Shown here in pieces: positions 25,627 to 39,299 of a stretch of 45,972 nucleotides of DNA. Position 1 is the first letter of the stretch; every line of letters starts with the position of its first letter. A program made the translations under genes and the position numbers. This DNA comes from Octopus bimaculoides. Lineage: Eukaryota. The notes below the pieces were generated by a model. It saw only the letters and a list, made by a program, of their open reading frames with translations. It searched no databases and was not told where the DNA came from. The stretch covers positions 44,252,832 through 44,298,803 of the forward strand of contig NC_068981.1 in NCBI RefSeq assembly GCF_001194135.2, given 5' to 3'.

Positions 25627-25668
<42 letters not shown>

Positions 25669-27048
25669 NNNNNNNNNNNNNNNNNNNNNNNNNNNNNNNN
25701 NNNNNNNNNNNNNNNNNNNNNNNNNNNNNNNNNNNNNNNNNNNNNNNNNNNNNNNNNNNNNNNNNNNNNNNNNNNNNNNNNNNNNNNNNNNNNNNNNNNN
25801 NNNNNNNNNNNNNNNNNNNNNNNNNNNNNNNNNNNNNNNNNNNNNNNNNNNNNNNNNNNNNNNNNNNNNNNNNNNNNNNNNNNNNNNNNNNNNNNNNNNN
25901 NNNNNNNNNNNNNNNNNNNNNNNNNNNNNNNNNNNNNNNNNNNNNNNNNNNNNNNNNNNNNNNNNNNNNNNNNNNNNNNNNNNNNNNNNNNNNNNNNNNN
26001 NNNNNNNNNNNNNNNNNNNNNNNNNNNNNNNNNNNNNNNNNNNNNNNNNNNNNNNNNNNNNNNNNNNNNNNNNNNNNNNNNNNNNNNNNNNNNNNNNNNN
26101 NNNNNNNNNNNNNNNNNNTATATATATATATATGATATAAATATGTATAAACACCTATTTATTCATTGTATGGAATTTGATAGAGTAAGACTAAGATCAA
26201 AGGTGTTCTTTTTTCTAAATATTGACTCGAGCTGAAATATTTGCTTGTGACTCTTGTGTTCTAGATAAACTAATCTTCCAAGCAACAGAGACATTTCATT
26301 CTTAAGGATGGGAAATACTAGAGAGGATTACCTTTCATCTTCAATGACAATCTGAGATATCCTCAATGATTAAATCAACAATAACTAGTTAGAATAAGTG
26401 AGTAATTCTCTTATCAAGAAACAATAAAAACATACGATATCTCTAATTAATTCTATCACTACAAAGTATTGTTTGCATAGTAGATACTACATAAGTTTTT
26501 ATTTTTAATTTCTAAGTTATAAAGATATATCTGTTATGTTAAATATAATAGAAAATATAGTATGACAGATTGATGGATATATAGACTAATTCAAACACAG
26601 AAATACATGAATAGTGATGGGATCAATAAATGGACAGAAATGTGTTAAAGAACGTAAGCCATGATTAATCAGGAAACATCTGTTACCGGAGAGATTGAAC
26701 GATAAGTATAGTGTGAAAGACTGCAACACGCAGTATTCACACATAAACAGATACACAGATATGCAGATGCACACCAAGCCCCTCCCACACGCACTTGCAT
26801 GCATACACAAACAAACCGGAGGAAAAGTTCTAAATATATTTATAATTTATGTATTTCTTTGATACAGATAATTGATATCGTTTCCTCGCAGAGTCAGTAT
26901 ACTAGGTATGTGTATAAGTAGGTATATATGTATGTATGTATGTATGTATGCATGTATGTATGTATGTATGTATGCATGCACGCACGTATGGATGTATTTA
27001 TGCATGCATACAAGCATGTCTTCTTTATGAATACATTGCCTAATATTA

Positions 27049-27085
<37 letters not shown>

Positions 27086-27699
27086 NNNNNNNNNNNNNNN
27101 NNNNNNNNNNNNNNNNNNNNNNTATATATACTGTTTTCTCTCCTCTCGTTTTCTCTCTCATTCTTTTTCTCCCTTCACCGTTTCTATCAGTCAATAAGCT
27201 ACTCTTTCTCCCTTTCTCTCTCTCGTTGCTCACACGTGACCATCACCCATCTTTCTTTTCCTCACGTGATCATCTTTCATTTCATGGATGTCCTAAGGAT
27301 TGGACGTATCCTATCTCTCTCTTCTATCTTTTCTGTTGTGAAAGATATTTTTCCAGCGTTCTCCATTTTACCTTTGTTCTGGTCTGACGACCGTTTATGC
27401 TTGTTTTCGTTCCGTTTCCTTGTATGTCTCCACTGTCCTGTTTTTGTACCCAACTTTGACTCTCCATAAATCCCAAATTTTATTTTAGTACTTATGGAAG
27501 CAACTGTCTTTGAAGACTCATATTGTCGTTAAATGCTCGAAATGAAGCGTAGATAGGCAGCCAACATGTGATGAAGGGTCCTTTCTCTGTGTAAACTTTT
27601 CATGTTTCCCATTTGTTTCTCTCTTTGTTTACGTATTGTATGTTGTTTGCACAGTTGGTGACGTCCTGTACCCATATATCCATATACATATATATAATA

Positions 27700-27950
27700 A
27701 TATTAGGGACAACATACAAAATTACAGGTAAAAACTCAATTAAAATCAATTTATAAAAAATAAAAATTAAATTGAGCTTTATAGATAAAATATATGTAAA
27801 ATATATAGTTTTAGGGAAAATAACCAAGTTTCAAGAACTCATCGATGAAAATCCACTATCGCATATAGAAAAATTAACAATTAAAAGCACAATAAATGAG
27901 TATAATATAAAGCATAGTAAATATCATAAGATAAATATAATAACATGATT
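27700..27950. repeat. One-armed copy of the element family at 30724-31075, in opposite orientation
   Basis: tagggacaacatacaaaattacaggta...tatagttttagggaaaataaccaag..tcatcgatgaaaatccac...aagcacaataaat..tcataagataa matches the reverse complement of ~30830-31072. Confidence 0.8.
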
Positions 27951-29374
27951 ACACGTGTTTCATAACTAATTTTCAAATAGAAAGGAAATTTAAATCGATT
28001 AAAATCAATGAGATATATATATATCTAATTATTGTTCTACTTAAGATCTGACGATTAGCTATATTTTTGAATAGCATTTAATTTTCGATAATTTCAATTG
28101 ATTNNNNNNNNNNNNNNNNNNNNNNNNNNNNNNNNNNNNNNNNNNNNNNNNNNNNNNNNNNNNNNNNNNNNNNNNNNNNNNNNNNNNNNNNNNNNNNNNN
28201 NNNNNNNNNNNNNNNNNNNNNNNNNNNNNNNNNNNNNNNNNNNNNNNNNNNNNNNNNNNNNNNNNNNNNNNNNNNNNNNNNNNNNNNNNNNNNNNNNNNN
28301 NNNNNNNNNNNNNNNNNNNNNNNNNNNNNNNNNNNNNNNNNNNNNNNNNNNNNNNNNNNNNNNNNNNNNNNNNNNNNNNNNNNNNNNNNNNNNNNNNNNN
28401 NNNNNNNNNNNNNNNNNNNNNNNNNNNNNNNNNNNNNNNNNNNNNNNNNNNNNNNNNNNNNNNNNNNNNNNNNNNNNNNNNNNNNNNNNNNNNNNNNNNN
28501 NNNNNNNNNNNNNNNNNNNNNNNNNNNNNNNNNNNNNNNNNNNNNNNNNNNNNNNNNNNNNNNNNNNNNNNNNNNNNNNNNNNNNNNNNNNNNNNNNNNN
28601 NNNNNNNNNNNNNNNNNNNNNNNNNNNNNNNNNNNNNNNNNNNNNNNNNNNNNNNNNNNNNNNNNNNNNNNNNNNNNNNNNNNNNNNNNNNNNNNNNNNN
28701 NNNNNNNNNNNNNNNNNNNNNNNNNNNNNNNNNNNNNNNNNNNNNNNNNNNNNNNNNNNNNNNNNNNNNNNNNNNNNNNNNNNNNNNNNNNNNNNNNNNN
28801 NNNNNNNNNNNNNNNNNNNNNNNNNNNNNNNNNNNNNNNNNNNNNNNNNNNNNNNNNNNNNNNNNNNNNNNNNNNNNNNNNNNNNNNNNNNNNNNNNNNN
28901 NNNNNNNNNNNNNNNNNNNNNNNNNNNNNNNNNNNNNNNNNNNNNNNNNNNNNNNNNNNNNNNNNNNNNNNNNNNNNNNNNNNNNTATATATATATATAT
29001 ATATTTATTTATATATGTATATATGTATGTATATGCATACACAAACATATGTATACTCAAATAGTGTAACTAAACTAACAAGATATAAGAGGTACTTTAT
29101 ATCAAAGTTTATTTCTATATTCATTGAACAAGTATTCTCTTCTATTCTAGGTATCCATTAATTGTTAGCATCAAACTTTCTGCTCCTTCGAGAGAATGGC
29201 CTTATGTTGTAGAACAAAGGAGAGGATGATCGAGATAGATAGATAGTTAGATCAAAATAGAGAGAGAGAATGAGAGAGAGTGAGTGAGTGGCAGGTTGAC
29301 AGGCTGATAGAGAAATAAAGAGAGATAGAAAGATTGAGAGAGAGAGAAAGGCAGTGATAGAGAGGAAGAAATTA

Positions 29375-29520
29375 GTCACAATACTTGGCTAATTTGTCAA
29401 TTTATCGACACCGGAAGGATGAACTGATATGTTAAGCTCACAGAGATTTGAACATAAAATACAAAAAGCCAGAAAAATACCATACATATTTTGTCCGACG
29501 AACTAACGATTCTGTCAGCC
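29375..29520 (-). mobile_element. CORE-SINE fragment
   Basis: tttatcgacaccggaaggatgaactg..gttaagctcacagagatttgaac is the reverse complement of a CORE domain plus B-box. Confidence 0.6.
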
Positions 29521-30723
29521 CTTCATTTTCATTACTTCTTTCTTATAACAATAAAGTGTAATAGAAGAGTCAGATTACAACTGTAGCAGGGTAACTGAAA
29601 CCGTAGTTGCTCCTTCGATCAAGTAGCCTTCATAAATGTGATGCAAGAAATATAGCTTTCCTCCAACCTGTGGTCATGCAATTCACATTAACGCGCTCTG
29701 GTTTCTTGCCATGAGTGTCATGCAACAAACTTAGCATGTTTTACTGCTTTTTCTACTCTGTTTCTCTGAGAATGTTTGATGTGCTTACACCTGTTCCTGT
29801 TTAGTCTGAGGTAAAGATTGTTAAAACAAACATACGATCATGTCCATTCCAAAAGTGAGCATGCTGTATCTAGGTTTGTACTTACATCCACATTATCTGT
29901 TTATATGGAAGACAGTAGATATTCATTTGTGAAAGATGGCTTCTGTTTCTAGCAGCTAGACGAACCCATTTGCAGATTGCTAGTTGTATCCTGGGATTAG
30001 TGATTAAAGATGTGAGCAACATGGAAGAAAAGGTGCTACTTTACTTTGGGAAAGGGGTTCTTGACTGTTAATGAGAATCAAGTGTTTATAAAGTTCCTGG
30101 CTATATCTAAAGAGTGTGAACTGTGCTGTGAGATATATGACGTAGAACCTAATAAGGAAAACAACCGTGAACAAGAACTTTAGTGGATGTCCCTTTCGAA
30201 AAATATAATTATTCAGTGTAGAATAATGCTGAAGCAACACACATATATTTCTTCAATAGTAATTATGCATTGTTTCTGTATTTAGTGTTGGATGTCTTGA
30301 GGATATACTTATTCTTTAAGTGTATAGACTTCGATTTTGTAAAACATATATCATGATTTTATACAGACATTGATTTCATTCGAGGTAGGAAAAGCTAAAA
30401 ATGTTTAATTTGATTGCTAAAATCTGTGGGATTGATTGATAGCTTATGAAATAGAATCTGCATAAAACTTTCCTAATATTGATTCAGTAGCTTTTATACG
30501 CAGATACAGCAGGGGAGCATTAATGACTGCTTGCTGTTTTGCAAACTAATTTAGTATAAAGTAACCTGAAAAGATTTAAAAATTAAAAAGAGACTGAAAA
30601 TTAACCTTGTATATTATCTAAAAATAATTTTCTCCGTTTTAAGCTAGAAAAAAAACTTCATGAGCAATTACGTGAGCATATTTAAAGATAAGTATTTTAA
30701 TGTTTTAATCATATATATATATA

Positions 30724-30968
30724 GTTTTAGGGAAAATAACCAAGGTTCATGAACTCATCGATGAAAGTCCACTGTCACATAGTAAAATTAATGAGTAAAA
30801 GCACAATAAATAAGTATAATATAATAGTCGTTTTATTATCATTATCTTATGCTATTTATTTTGTATTATATTATACTTATTTATTGTGCTTTTACTTATT
30901 AATTTTTCTATATGTGACTGTGGATTTTCATCGATGAGTTCATGAACCTTGGTTCTTTTCCCTAAAAC
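30724..30968. mobile_element. MITE-like foldback, ~105-110 bp inverted arms, embedded in (TA)n
   Basis: GTTTTAGGGAAAATAACCAAGGTTCATGAACTCATCGATGAAA... at the left end and its reverse complement at the right end, with about 6 differences. TA on both sides. Confidence 0.85.
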
Positions 30969-31267
30969 TATATATATATATATTTTATACCGTGAAACTT
31001 AATTTAATTTTAATTTTTAATAAATTCAAATTAATTGGGTTCTACCTGTAAATTTGGATTTTCATCCCTATTATATATATATATATATATNNNNNNNNNN
31101 NNNNNNNNNNNNNNNNNNNNNNNNNNNNNNNNNNNNNNNNNNNNNNNNNNNNNNNNNNNNNNNNNNNNNNNNNNNNNNNNNNNNNNNNNNNNNNNNNNNN
31201 NNNNNNNNNNNNNNNNNNNNNNNNNNNNNNNNNNNNNNNNNNNNNNNNNNNNNNNNNNNNNNNNNNT

Positions 31268-31302
<35 letters not shown>

Positions 31303-31304
<2 letters not shown>

Positions 31305-31881
31305 ATTACATATGAAGTAAAAGCAGCTCTAGCATGATAAATATTCTTAAATACATATACTAATGTGTATGCTTTGTGCATTTTCCGGTGGCTGCAATTG
31401 CGTAGCGGAGTACATAACACTCATGTTGCCGGTGTTAAAATGATTTATGGACAGACGAGATAGCTCACCTACCAGCCTGGGTTGAAGGCAAGTCAGCTAG
31501 CCAGTTCAACGACATATGCTCATAGCTTGTAAAATCATGAGCTGGTATGCCTGGAAATTGCATATCTAACAGAACACTTACATTTGAAGTCATAAAACAG
31601 CTCTAGTATTAGTCGTTGGACTGCCTATCTGACTCGCCTTCAACCCAGGCGGGTAAATGGTACTAATGGCGGAACATTGATGTTCATCACTCCCAAATGC
31701 GATTGAGGGTGAGTTATCTCGCCTGTCCATTGGCTCTAAGGTGTTTTAACACGGGTGACACGAGAGTTATATACTCCACTACACAATTGCAGCCACCGGA
31801 AAATACACAAAGCATACACATTAGTATATGTATTTAAGAATATTTATCATACTAGAGCTGCTTTTACTTCATATGTAATTA
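31303..31881. mobile_element. MITE/foldback element, ~580 bp, arms 31303-31513 and 31612-31881
   Basis: Ends TAATTACATATGAAGTAAAAGCAGCTCTAG...CTAGAGCTGCTTTTACTTCATATGTAATTA. Inverted homology continues for ~210 bp, with a 52-bp extra segment (31656-31707) in the right arm. Confidence 0.9.
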
Positions 31882-33252
31882 GGTCAGTGCTTTCATTGCC
31901 TTTCTCAATGTTACCGTCTAATGAACTACCAATCACCATCATTTTACTAACATAAACAAACTATAGGAAGAGAACACATGGAAGCCTCCATTCATCGAAG
32001 TAATATAGCCTGAGTATATAATTTTATAACAATTCTCTCCATATATATCTATACATATGTAATATATAATACAAAGTATTTTATATATAAACATACAACC
32101 TCATACATGTATGTATGCATGTATGTATGTGTGTATGTATAATTGTTACGTTCTTGCTCCATTTTTTTTGTTTTGATTTTTTATATATACATCATTTTTA
32201 TATATACATATAGCGGCCAGCCAGATTTGAAGATTCACAAGTGTAACCAGCCAAAACTATAATGATCTGGAAGTTTAACTGATAAAAGAACGCTGCGAAT
32301 GACTCGGCCTTGATTTTTTCCTGTCCGTCTTCGTGTCGTCTATCTGTCATTATGTTTAATTGTCATCTGTTGGGTTCTTGTTCCAGTTTATATATATATA
32401 TATATNNNNNNNNNNNNNNNNNNNNNNNNNNNNNNNNNNNNNNNNNNNNNNNNNNNNNNNNNNNNNNNNNNNNNNNNNNNNNNNNNNNNNNNNNNNNNNN
32501 NNNNNNNNNNNNNNNNNNNNNNNNNNNNNNNNNNNNNNNNNNNNNNNNNNNNNNNNNNNNNNNNNNNNNNNNNNNNNNNNNNNNNNNNNNNNNNNNNNNN
32601 NNNNNNNNNNNNNNNNNNNNNNNNNNNNNNNNNNNNNNNNNNNNNNNNNNNNNNNNNNNNNNNNNNNNNNNNNNNNNNNNNNNNNNNNNNNNNNNNNNNN
32701 NNNNNNNNNNNNNNNNNNNNNNNNNNNNNNNNNNNNNNNNNNNNNNNNNNNNNNNNNNNNNNNNNNNNNNNNNNNNNNNNNNNNNNNNNNNNNNNNNNNN
32801 NNNNNNNNNNNNNNNNNNNNNNNNNNNNNNNNNNNNNNNNNNNNNNNNNNNNNNNNNNNNNNNNNNNNNNNNNNNNNNNNNNNNNNNNNNNNNNNNNNNN
32901 NNNNNNNNNNNNNNNNNNNNNNNNNNNNNNNNNNNNNNNNNNNNNNNNNNNNNNNNNNNNNNNNNNNNNNNNNNNNNNNNNNNNNNNNNNNNNNNNNNNN
33001 NNNNNNNNNNNNNNNNNNNNNNNNNNNNNNNNNNNNNNNNNNNNNNCAAAACAGCTATTTCTAAAAACAAAACACGTTGATTCTTTTCTCCCGGTATTTG
33101 AATACTTCATGGTTAATACTTCATCTTCGGGAAGCCTTAGTTATTTATTAAATTATAAGAGACAATGTACATGAAAATTATACACATGCACACACAAAAA
33201 TATATATGTTCATGAACATAGATATATATATACATGTGCATGCGTGTTCTTG

Positions 33253-33294
<42 letters not shown>

Positions 33295-34871
33295 TATGAT
33301 TGTAGATTAATGCAGCAGATACACATGTCAGAATATCGACACTACGTTGTAATTCTGATTATTAGTAAAGGATAATTAATGCTGTTGTCAGTCACTCCTC
33401 GTGGACATTTACAGCATCCATAACTAGCGTTTTTACCCTTCCTTAGTAATATATACCTAAATTGCAGTCACTAAAACATTAATTAATATAGTAGATTATC
33501 TGAGAAACTTTGGCAGTATTCAATTTCCTTGTTTGAGCAAGAAGCTGTCTTATACGTCAGAATATTTGCACTGATGCAATTATAGCGACTGATACAATCT
33601 GTTTAGCTTATAACACCTTCGAAGATCTGATACTTTTAATACTTATGTTTTGATTACAAAAAATACGTAAAGAAATTTAATATTTATTTACTGAGGAACA
33701 TTTAAAGCTAACGTTTAATTCCATATTATGAATAAATATGAATTTATATGAATTAATGTGTTCAAACATATACAACCCTAGAGGATTTGACTAATTTTTA
33801 TTGCTTTTTTTTTGCATAAACAACACCTATGAATTATTTATAATCACAAAGTTCTTAGGCATAATATATGCATTTTATAGTTTACAAGTTACGGACATAC
33901 ATAAACACAAGAATGTTTGTACGTGTGAATTTCTGCAGGAGGTACATACATACATACATACATACATTCAGACAGACATACGTACATATGTCTGTGTATT
34001 TATATGTGCATATGACAATGTATACGTGTGTGTGTTATTATATGTATGAATATATGTATATACAGTTACATATACACGTATGTGTATACGAATCATTCTC
34101 CAGCTGACTGACCCCTTTAAGCGTTGAATCAATTATTTGAAGAAAAAATAACTGTATTGTCTGGAGATGATGGATAAATCAATAGATATCTATGCATTAT
34201 TTGTTTGTATTCTTCATTATCATTAAAATATATGGCATATATTATAATTTACTTAATATGTATTTTACGAAATTTTTGGTTACTTTTGTTAGGTTTTAGA
34301 AAATATGGTAAAAACATTTTTGAACAAAACCTCATAAATTAAATAAAACTTATTCAAACACATTAAAAAAAATATAAGCGGAAAATGTCTTAAGTTTTTG
34401 TTAGTGTATTATACTTCAAAATGGTCTATCACAACAAAGATTATCTAAAAGAATGCAGTTTAATAATGATAAATTGGTATGCACATTAAAATAAAGTCTG
34501 CTTTACTGATTTTCTTCCTTCTTTTTACCGCTTTTTGAAACTTTTTATTTTTGTAATTTAGCATTTCTTAGCATTAAATAATTGTTCAGATATTTGGAGC
34601 AAAGACATTTGGATAGCAATTGCTTTCAAATTTACAGTTCAGATGTAAAAATGTTGAATGGTGAACTGATTAATCGATTAAAAAAGAAGGTTGTACATAA
34701 TTGTCAAATTTTGATTGGATAACATTTTTAAAATGTTTAAAGAATTTAGAGAATAAAAAAAAATGAATCATGCATAAAATATAAATAAGAGAAGTGTAAA
34801 AAAGTTACACAAATATAAAATCATAAAAATAACTGTTTATTTTTTAACTTTAAATCAAAAAGCGTAATAGA

Positions 34872-34944
<73 letters not shown>
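34872..34944. repeat. (AAT)n microsatellite
   Basis: Seen directly. Confidence 0.95.
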
Positions 34945-34948
<4 letters not shown>

Positions 34949-35805
34949 TAATGAAAATGAAAGAAACGTAAAATACAAAAAGCACGTTTAATAAAAATAT
35001 TAAAACAAATATGGCATTCAATTTATTTATATTACAATCAAGACAGAATATCAATAATGTGTTGAAAATAATTATCAGTTCTAGCAGTTGATTTCTTGTT
35101 CGCCACTCAATAAACATGAAAAGAGAATATAGTGAAAACGATCTAAGAATATTCTAAAATATGTTTTAGAAAACTGGCAATGAAAAGTAAAAATACAAAA
35201 TATTTCAGAAAAGAGAAAAAATACGTAAGGGCAAGAGTTGGGGAAGCCAAACATAAATCAAAAATCAATATGAATATATAAAAATTGAAAAGAATAAAAG
35301 AAGGAAAGAAAGAAACAAAAGAAAGGAAGTAAATATTCTTAGATCAGTGTAAAATGTTCCGTCTCCAGACAAGTTTAAAATTGAAAAAATATCAATTCCC
35401 ATTTTCTAATTTCAATTACAGTTGAATAAACTATTCTTTATATAAATGGAAGAAAAATATTGTAATCTATAAAGAGAAGCGTATAAGTAAAAAATAATAC
35501 GTATCCAATATTAAAAAAAAAATCATAAAATTTGTCTGCAAAGCAGAAGCTATGAGTGAATTTTACATTTAAGACTTCTCATATATTTGAAAAATTCCGT
35601 CGTGTATTCTTTTCGTAATGCTCCCTCTTTTCTTTTTATATACCTTCCTATACAAACATACACACACAAACACACACACACACCTATAGCAACATATTGT
35701 GCTACTGCCTGTAAAGTATATGAACACACTAATTCTCATTTTACTTCAAGCATAATCATACACGGATGTATATACAGACATACAAAAATATACACACTTA
35801 CTAGC

Positions 35806-35836
<31 letters not shown>

Positions 35837-36614
35837 TGTACACTCACACGTACACACATATCACATCAAGACAGCATTGCTTAAAGATTCAGGTTTAAGG
35901 GAGCAACTTCTAAGTTCCTTTAATCACGTAGTGGATTTAATAGCAGTAAACACGTATCGTTTGATGCTGACTAGTGTGCTGCTGAAGAGATCTTCTGTTT
36001 GGTAGTAATAGTATTTGAAGTTGTTTGTTGATGGGCATTGTGTAAAAGTAATATTCCCATTTTTAATTAGACATTGCAGTAATAGTTGTGAAATTTACCA
36101 CGGGTTATTTAATAATTATGCAATTATAAGTAGAACGTAATGGAAAATACTAGCAGCTATTAATGCGGTAATATTGCTAATAAGAATTCAGTTCAGATCT
36201 CGTTTAATGGAAAGCAGGGAACTCTGTGTGCATATATGTTAAACCTTTACTGAAAAATAAACAGTTATTGATTCAAATGTAGCCATTTAGCGTCCGCATT
36301 GTGTCAATTCAACGGCGGCTCGATTTCTTTGTTAAGGAATAAGTTTGTCTGTGGTAATATTTGCATTTCTTATGAATTTAATATGACAGACGTCTGGACA
36401 GTGTGTATAGACGGATGAATTTGTTCAGAATGCTCACTGCATACAATTCCATGGTTGCGAAGTTTGAAAATTAAAATCAGATTAAAGGAAAGTATAGATT
36501 ACTTTGGCTTTTGAGTCTGAAGAAATGTAAAGGTAGCTAAAATTTTCCACGGAAATTGGGTGTAATTTCTGTGGAATGTCAAGAGTGAGAATTACTACAA
36601 AGAACTATAACAAC

Positions 36615-36920
36615 GTCGCCCTTTCAAAGCCTAGACAGGCTCATGGGCCCGGTTTCCCGGTTTCTATGGCGTATGTGTTCCCTTCGAGCTGGACGGGACG
36701 CCAGTTCATCGCAGCGTTACTAAAAAAACAAGAAGAAAGAGTGAGAGAAAGTTGGGGCGAAAGAGTACAGTACGGGTCACCACCACCCCCTACCGGAGCC
36801 TCGTGGAGCTTAGGCATTTTCGCTCGATAATCACTCACAACGCCCGGTCTGGGAATCGAAACCGTGATCCTCCGACCGCGAATCCGCTGCCCTAACCACT
36901 GGGCCATTGCGCCACCACAC
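36615..36920 (-). mobile_element. Young-looking tRNA-derived SINE with a Meta/V-like central domain
   Basis: Reverse complement: ggtggcgcaaTGGCCCAGTGGttagggcagcggattcgcggtcggaggatcacGGTTTCGATTCCcagaccggg (intact A and B boxes), then gcgatgaactggcgtcccgtccag...catagaaaccggg. Confidence 0.85.
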
Positions 36921-37128
36921 TACAACGAACACTTCCTGAGAAAATGAAAATTATTTCCCAATATAGAAGAACACTCATGTATTTCGGCGAATGNNNNNNN
37001 NNNNNNNNNNNNNNNNNNNNNNNNNNNNNNNNNNNNNNNNNNNNNNNNNNNNNNNNNNNNNNNNNNNNNNNNNNNNNNNNNNNNNNNNNNNNNNNNNNNN
37101 NNNNNNNNNNNNNNNNNNNNNNNNNNNN

Positions 37129-37422
37129 GCCAGTTCATCGCAGCGTTACTAAAAAAACAAGAAGAAAGAGTGAGAGAAAGTTGGGGCGAAAGAGTACAGT
37201 ACGGGTCACCACCACCCCCTACCGGAGCCTCGTGGAGCTTAGGCATTTTCGCTCGATAATCACTCACAACGCCCGGTCTGGGAATCGAAACCGTGATCCT
37301 CCGACCGCGAATCCGCTGCCCTAACCACTGGGCCATTGCGCCACCACACTACAACGAACACTTCCTGAGAAAATGAAAATTATTTCCCAATATAGAAGAA
37401 CACTCATGTATTTCGGCGAATG
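37129..37422. repeat. Exact 294-bp duplicate of 36700-36993 across a 135-N gap (probable assembly overlap)
   Basis: Identical sequence including non-SINE flank; both copies abut the gap. Confidence 0.85.
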
Positions 37423-38038
37423 AATGCTGTGAATCATCCGTGTCTTCGCGCGTCGTATTGGATCAGATATTGATACAGCTAGAGTAGCTCACCTAAGTAT
37501 TTTGCACATTACAGAGACTATGACATTACTGTGTATTTGCAATGTGTGATTTAATTACGAAATGGAAATTATTAGCGTTCATCATGGCAATATCGAGATT
37601 GCGTGCCGGATTAAACCTGTACATTTCTATAATTATCACTTTAATCTTCAATCATGTATGTTGAAGATTCTTGGGAGACACAGACTTTCCTTTAAAGCAA
37701 CTTGCATTATAACCGGGAGTTACTCTATCAAACATATTTCTGCCTATTTACACATTATGTAGTTGCAATATAAACAAATATTACGTAGGCGACTTTTAGC
37801 AGTTGAGACAAACTCCGAATACTTATTCAGATTTGACAATTTATTAAAAAGCATATCCAGCGTTTCAGGGATACGTAAATAACGTAGTCATTGCTAAATT
37901 GATTTTACAATTTATCCATTACCTGTTTACCTATTTGTTTTATGTTAATGATCACCATTCCAGTTCTGAAGCAAATGTATTAGATATGTTTCACTGCAAT
38001 ACACCTATTATAGACACTCATACACACGCACGCCCCCC

Positions 38039-38073
<35 letters not shown>

Positions 38074-39133
38074 TGTGTGTGTATTTGCATGTATCTATTT
38101 ATATAAGTATATATACACACATATATATGTATCTATGTATGCATACATATTATAAGTATATATNNNNNNNNNNNNNNNNNNNNNNNNNNNNNNNNNNNNN
38201 NNNNNNNNNNNNNNNNNNNNNNNNNNNNNNNNNNNNNNNNNNNNNNNNNNNNNNNNNNNNNNNNNNNNNNNNNNNNNNNNNNNNNNNNNNNNNNNNNNNN
38301 NNNNNNNNNNNNNNNNNNNNNNNNNNNNNNNNNNNNNNNNNNNNNNNNNNNNNNNNNNNNNNNNNNNNNNNNNNNNNNNNNNNNNNNNNNNNNNNNNNNN
38401 NNNNNNNNNNNNNNNNNNNNNNNNNNNNNNNNNNNNNNNNNNNNNNNNNNNNNNNNNNNNNNNNNNNNNNNNNNNNNNNNNNNNNNNNNNNNNNNNNNNN
38501 NNNNNNNNNNNNNNNNNNNNNNNNNNNNNNNNNNNNNNNNNNNNNNNNNNNNNNNNNNNNNNNNNNNNNNNNNNNNNNNNNNNNNNNNNNNNNNNNNNNN
38601 NNNNNNNNNNNNNNNNNNNNNNNNNNNNNNNNNNNNNNNNNNNNNNNNNNNNNNNNNNNNNNNNNNNNNNNNNNNNNNNNNNNNNNNNNNNNNNNNNNNN
38701 NNNNNNNNNNNNNNNNNNNNNNNNNNNNNNNNNNNNNNNNNNNNNNNNNNNNNNNNNNNNNNNNNNNNNNNNNNNNNNNNNNNNNNNNNNNNNNNNNNNN
38801 NNNNNNNNNNNNNNNNNNNNNNNNNNNNNNNNNNNNNNNNNNNNNNNNNNNNNNNNNNNNNNNNNNNNNNNNNNNNNNNNNNNNNNNNNNNNNNNNNNNN
38901 NNNNNNNNNNNNNNNNNNNNNNNNNNNNNNNNNNNNNNNNNNNNNNNNNNNNNNNNNNNNNNNNNNNNNNNNNNNNNNNNNNNNNNNNNNNNNNNNNNNN
39001 NNNNNNNNNNNNNNNNNNNNNNNNNNNNNNNNNNNNNNNNNNNNNNNNNNNNNNNNNNNNNNNNNNNNNNNNNNNNNNNNNNNNNNNNNNNNNNNNNNNN
39101 NNNNNNNNNNNNNNNNNNNNNNNNNNNNNNNNN

Positions 39134-39298
39134 TCCGCTTTCCATGCTAGCATGGGTTGGACGATTTGACTGAGGACTGGTGAAACCGGATGGCAACACC
39201 AGGCTCCAATCCAATTTGGCGGAGTTTCTACAGCTGGATGCCCTTCCTAACGCCAACCACTCAGAGAGTGTAGTGGGTGCTTTTACGTGTCACCCGCA
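39134..39298. repeat. Interspersed repeat fragment (SINE/LINE-tail type)
   Basis: ttccatgctagcatgggttggacg...gtttctacagctggatgcccttcctaacgccaacc, recognised from memory as a LINE/SINE 3'-region motif; not verified by search. Confidence 0.5.
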
Positions 39299-39299
39299 T

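Noticed and set aside
27565-27605. GTGATGA-AGGG..CTCT-..AAAC hammerhead-like remnant
   Set aside because: Both core boxes are mutated and the stems are too weak to support a call.
36700-37422. Tandem duplication of a SINE plus flank
   Set aside because: The copies are identical over 294 bp and both end at the same N gap, which is the typical signature of unmerged contig overlap.
28059-39256. Long ORFs of 200-370 aa in the track (also at 2906-5062, 13036-13644 and 25441-26154)
   Set aside because: They are made almost entirely of N-runs and dinucleotide repeats.
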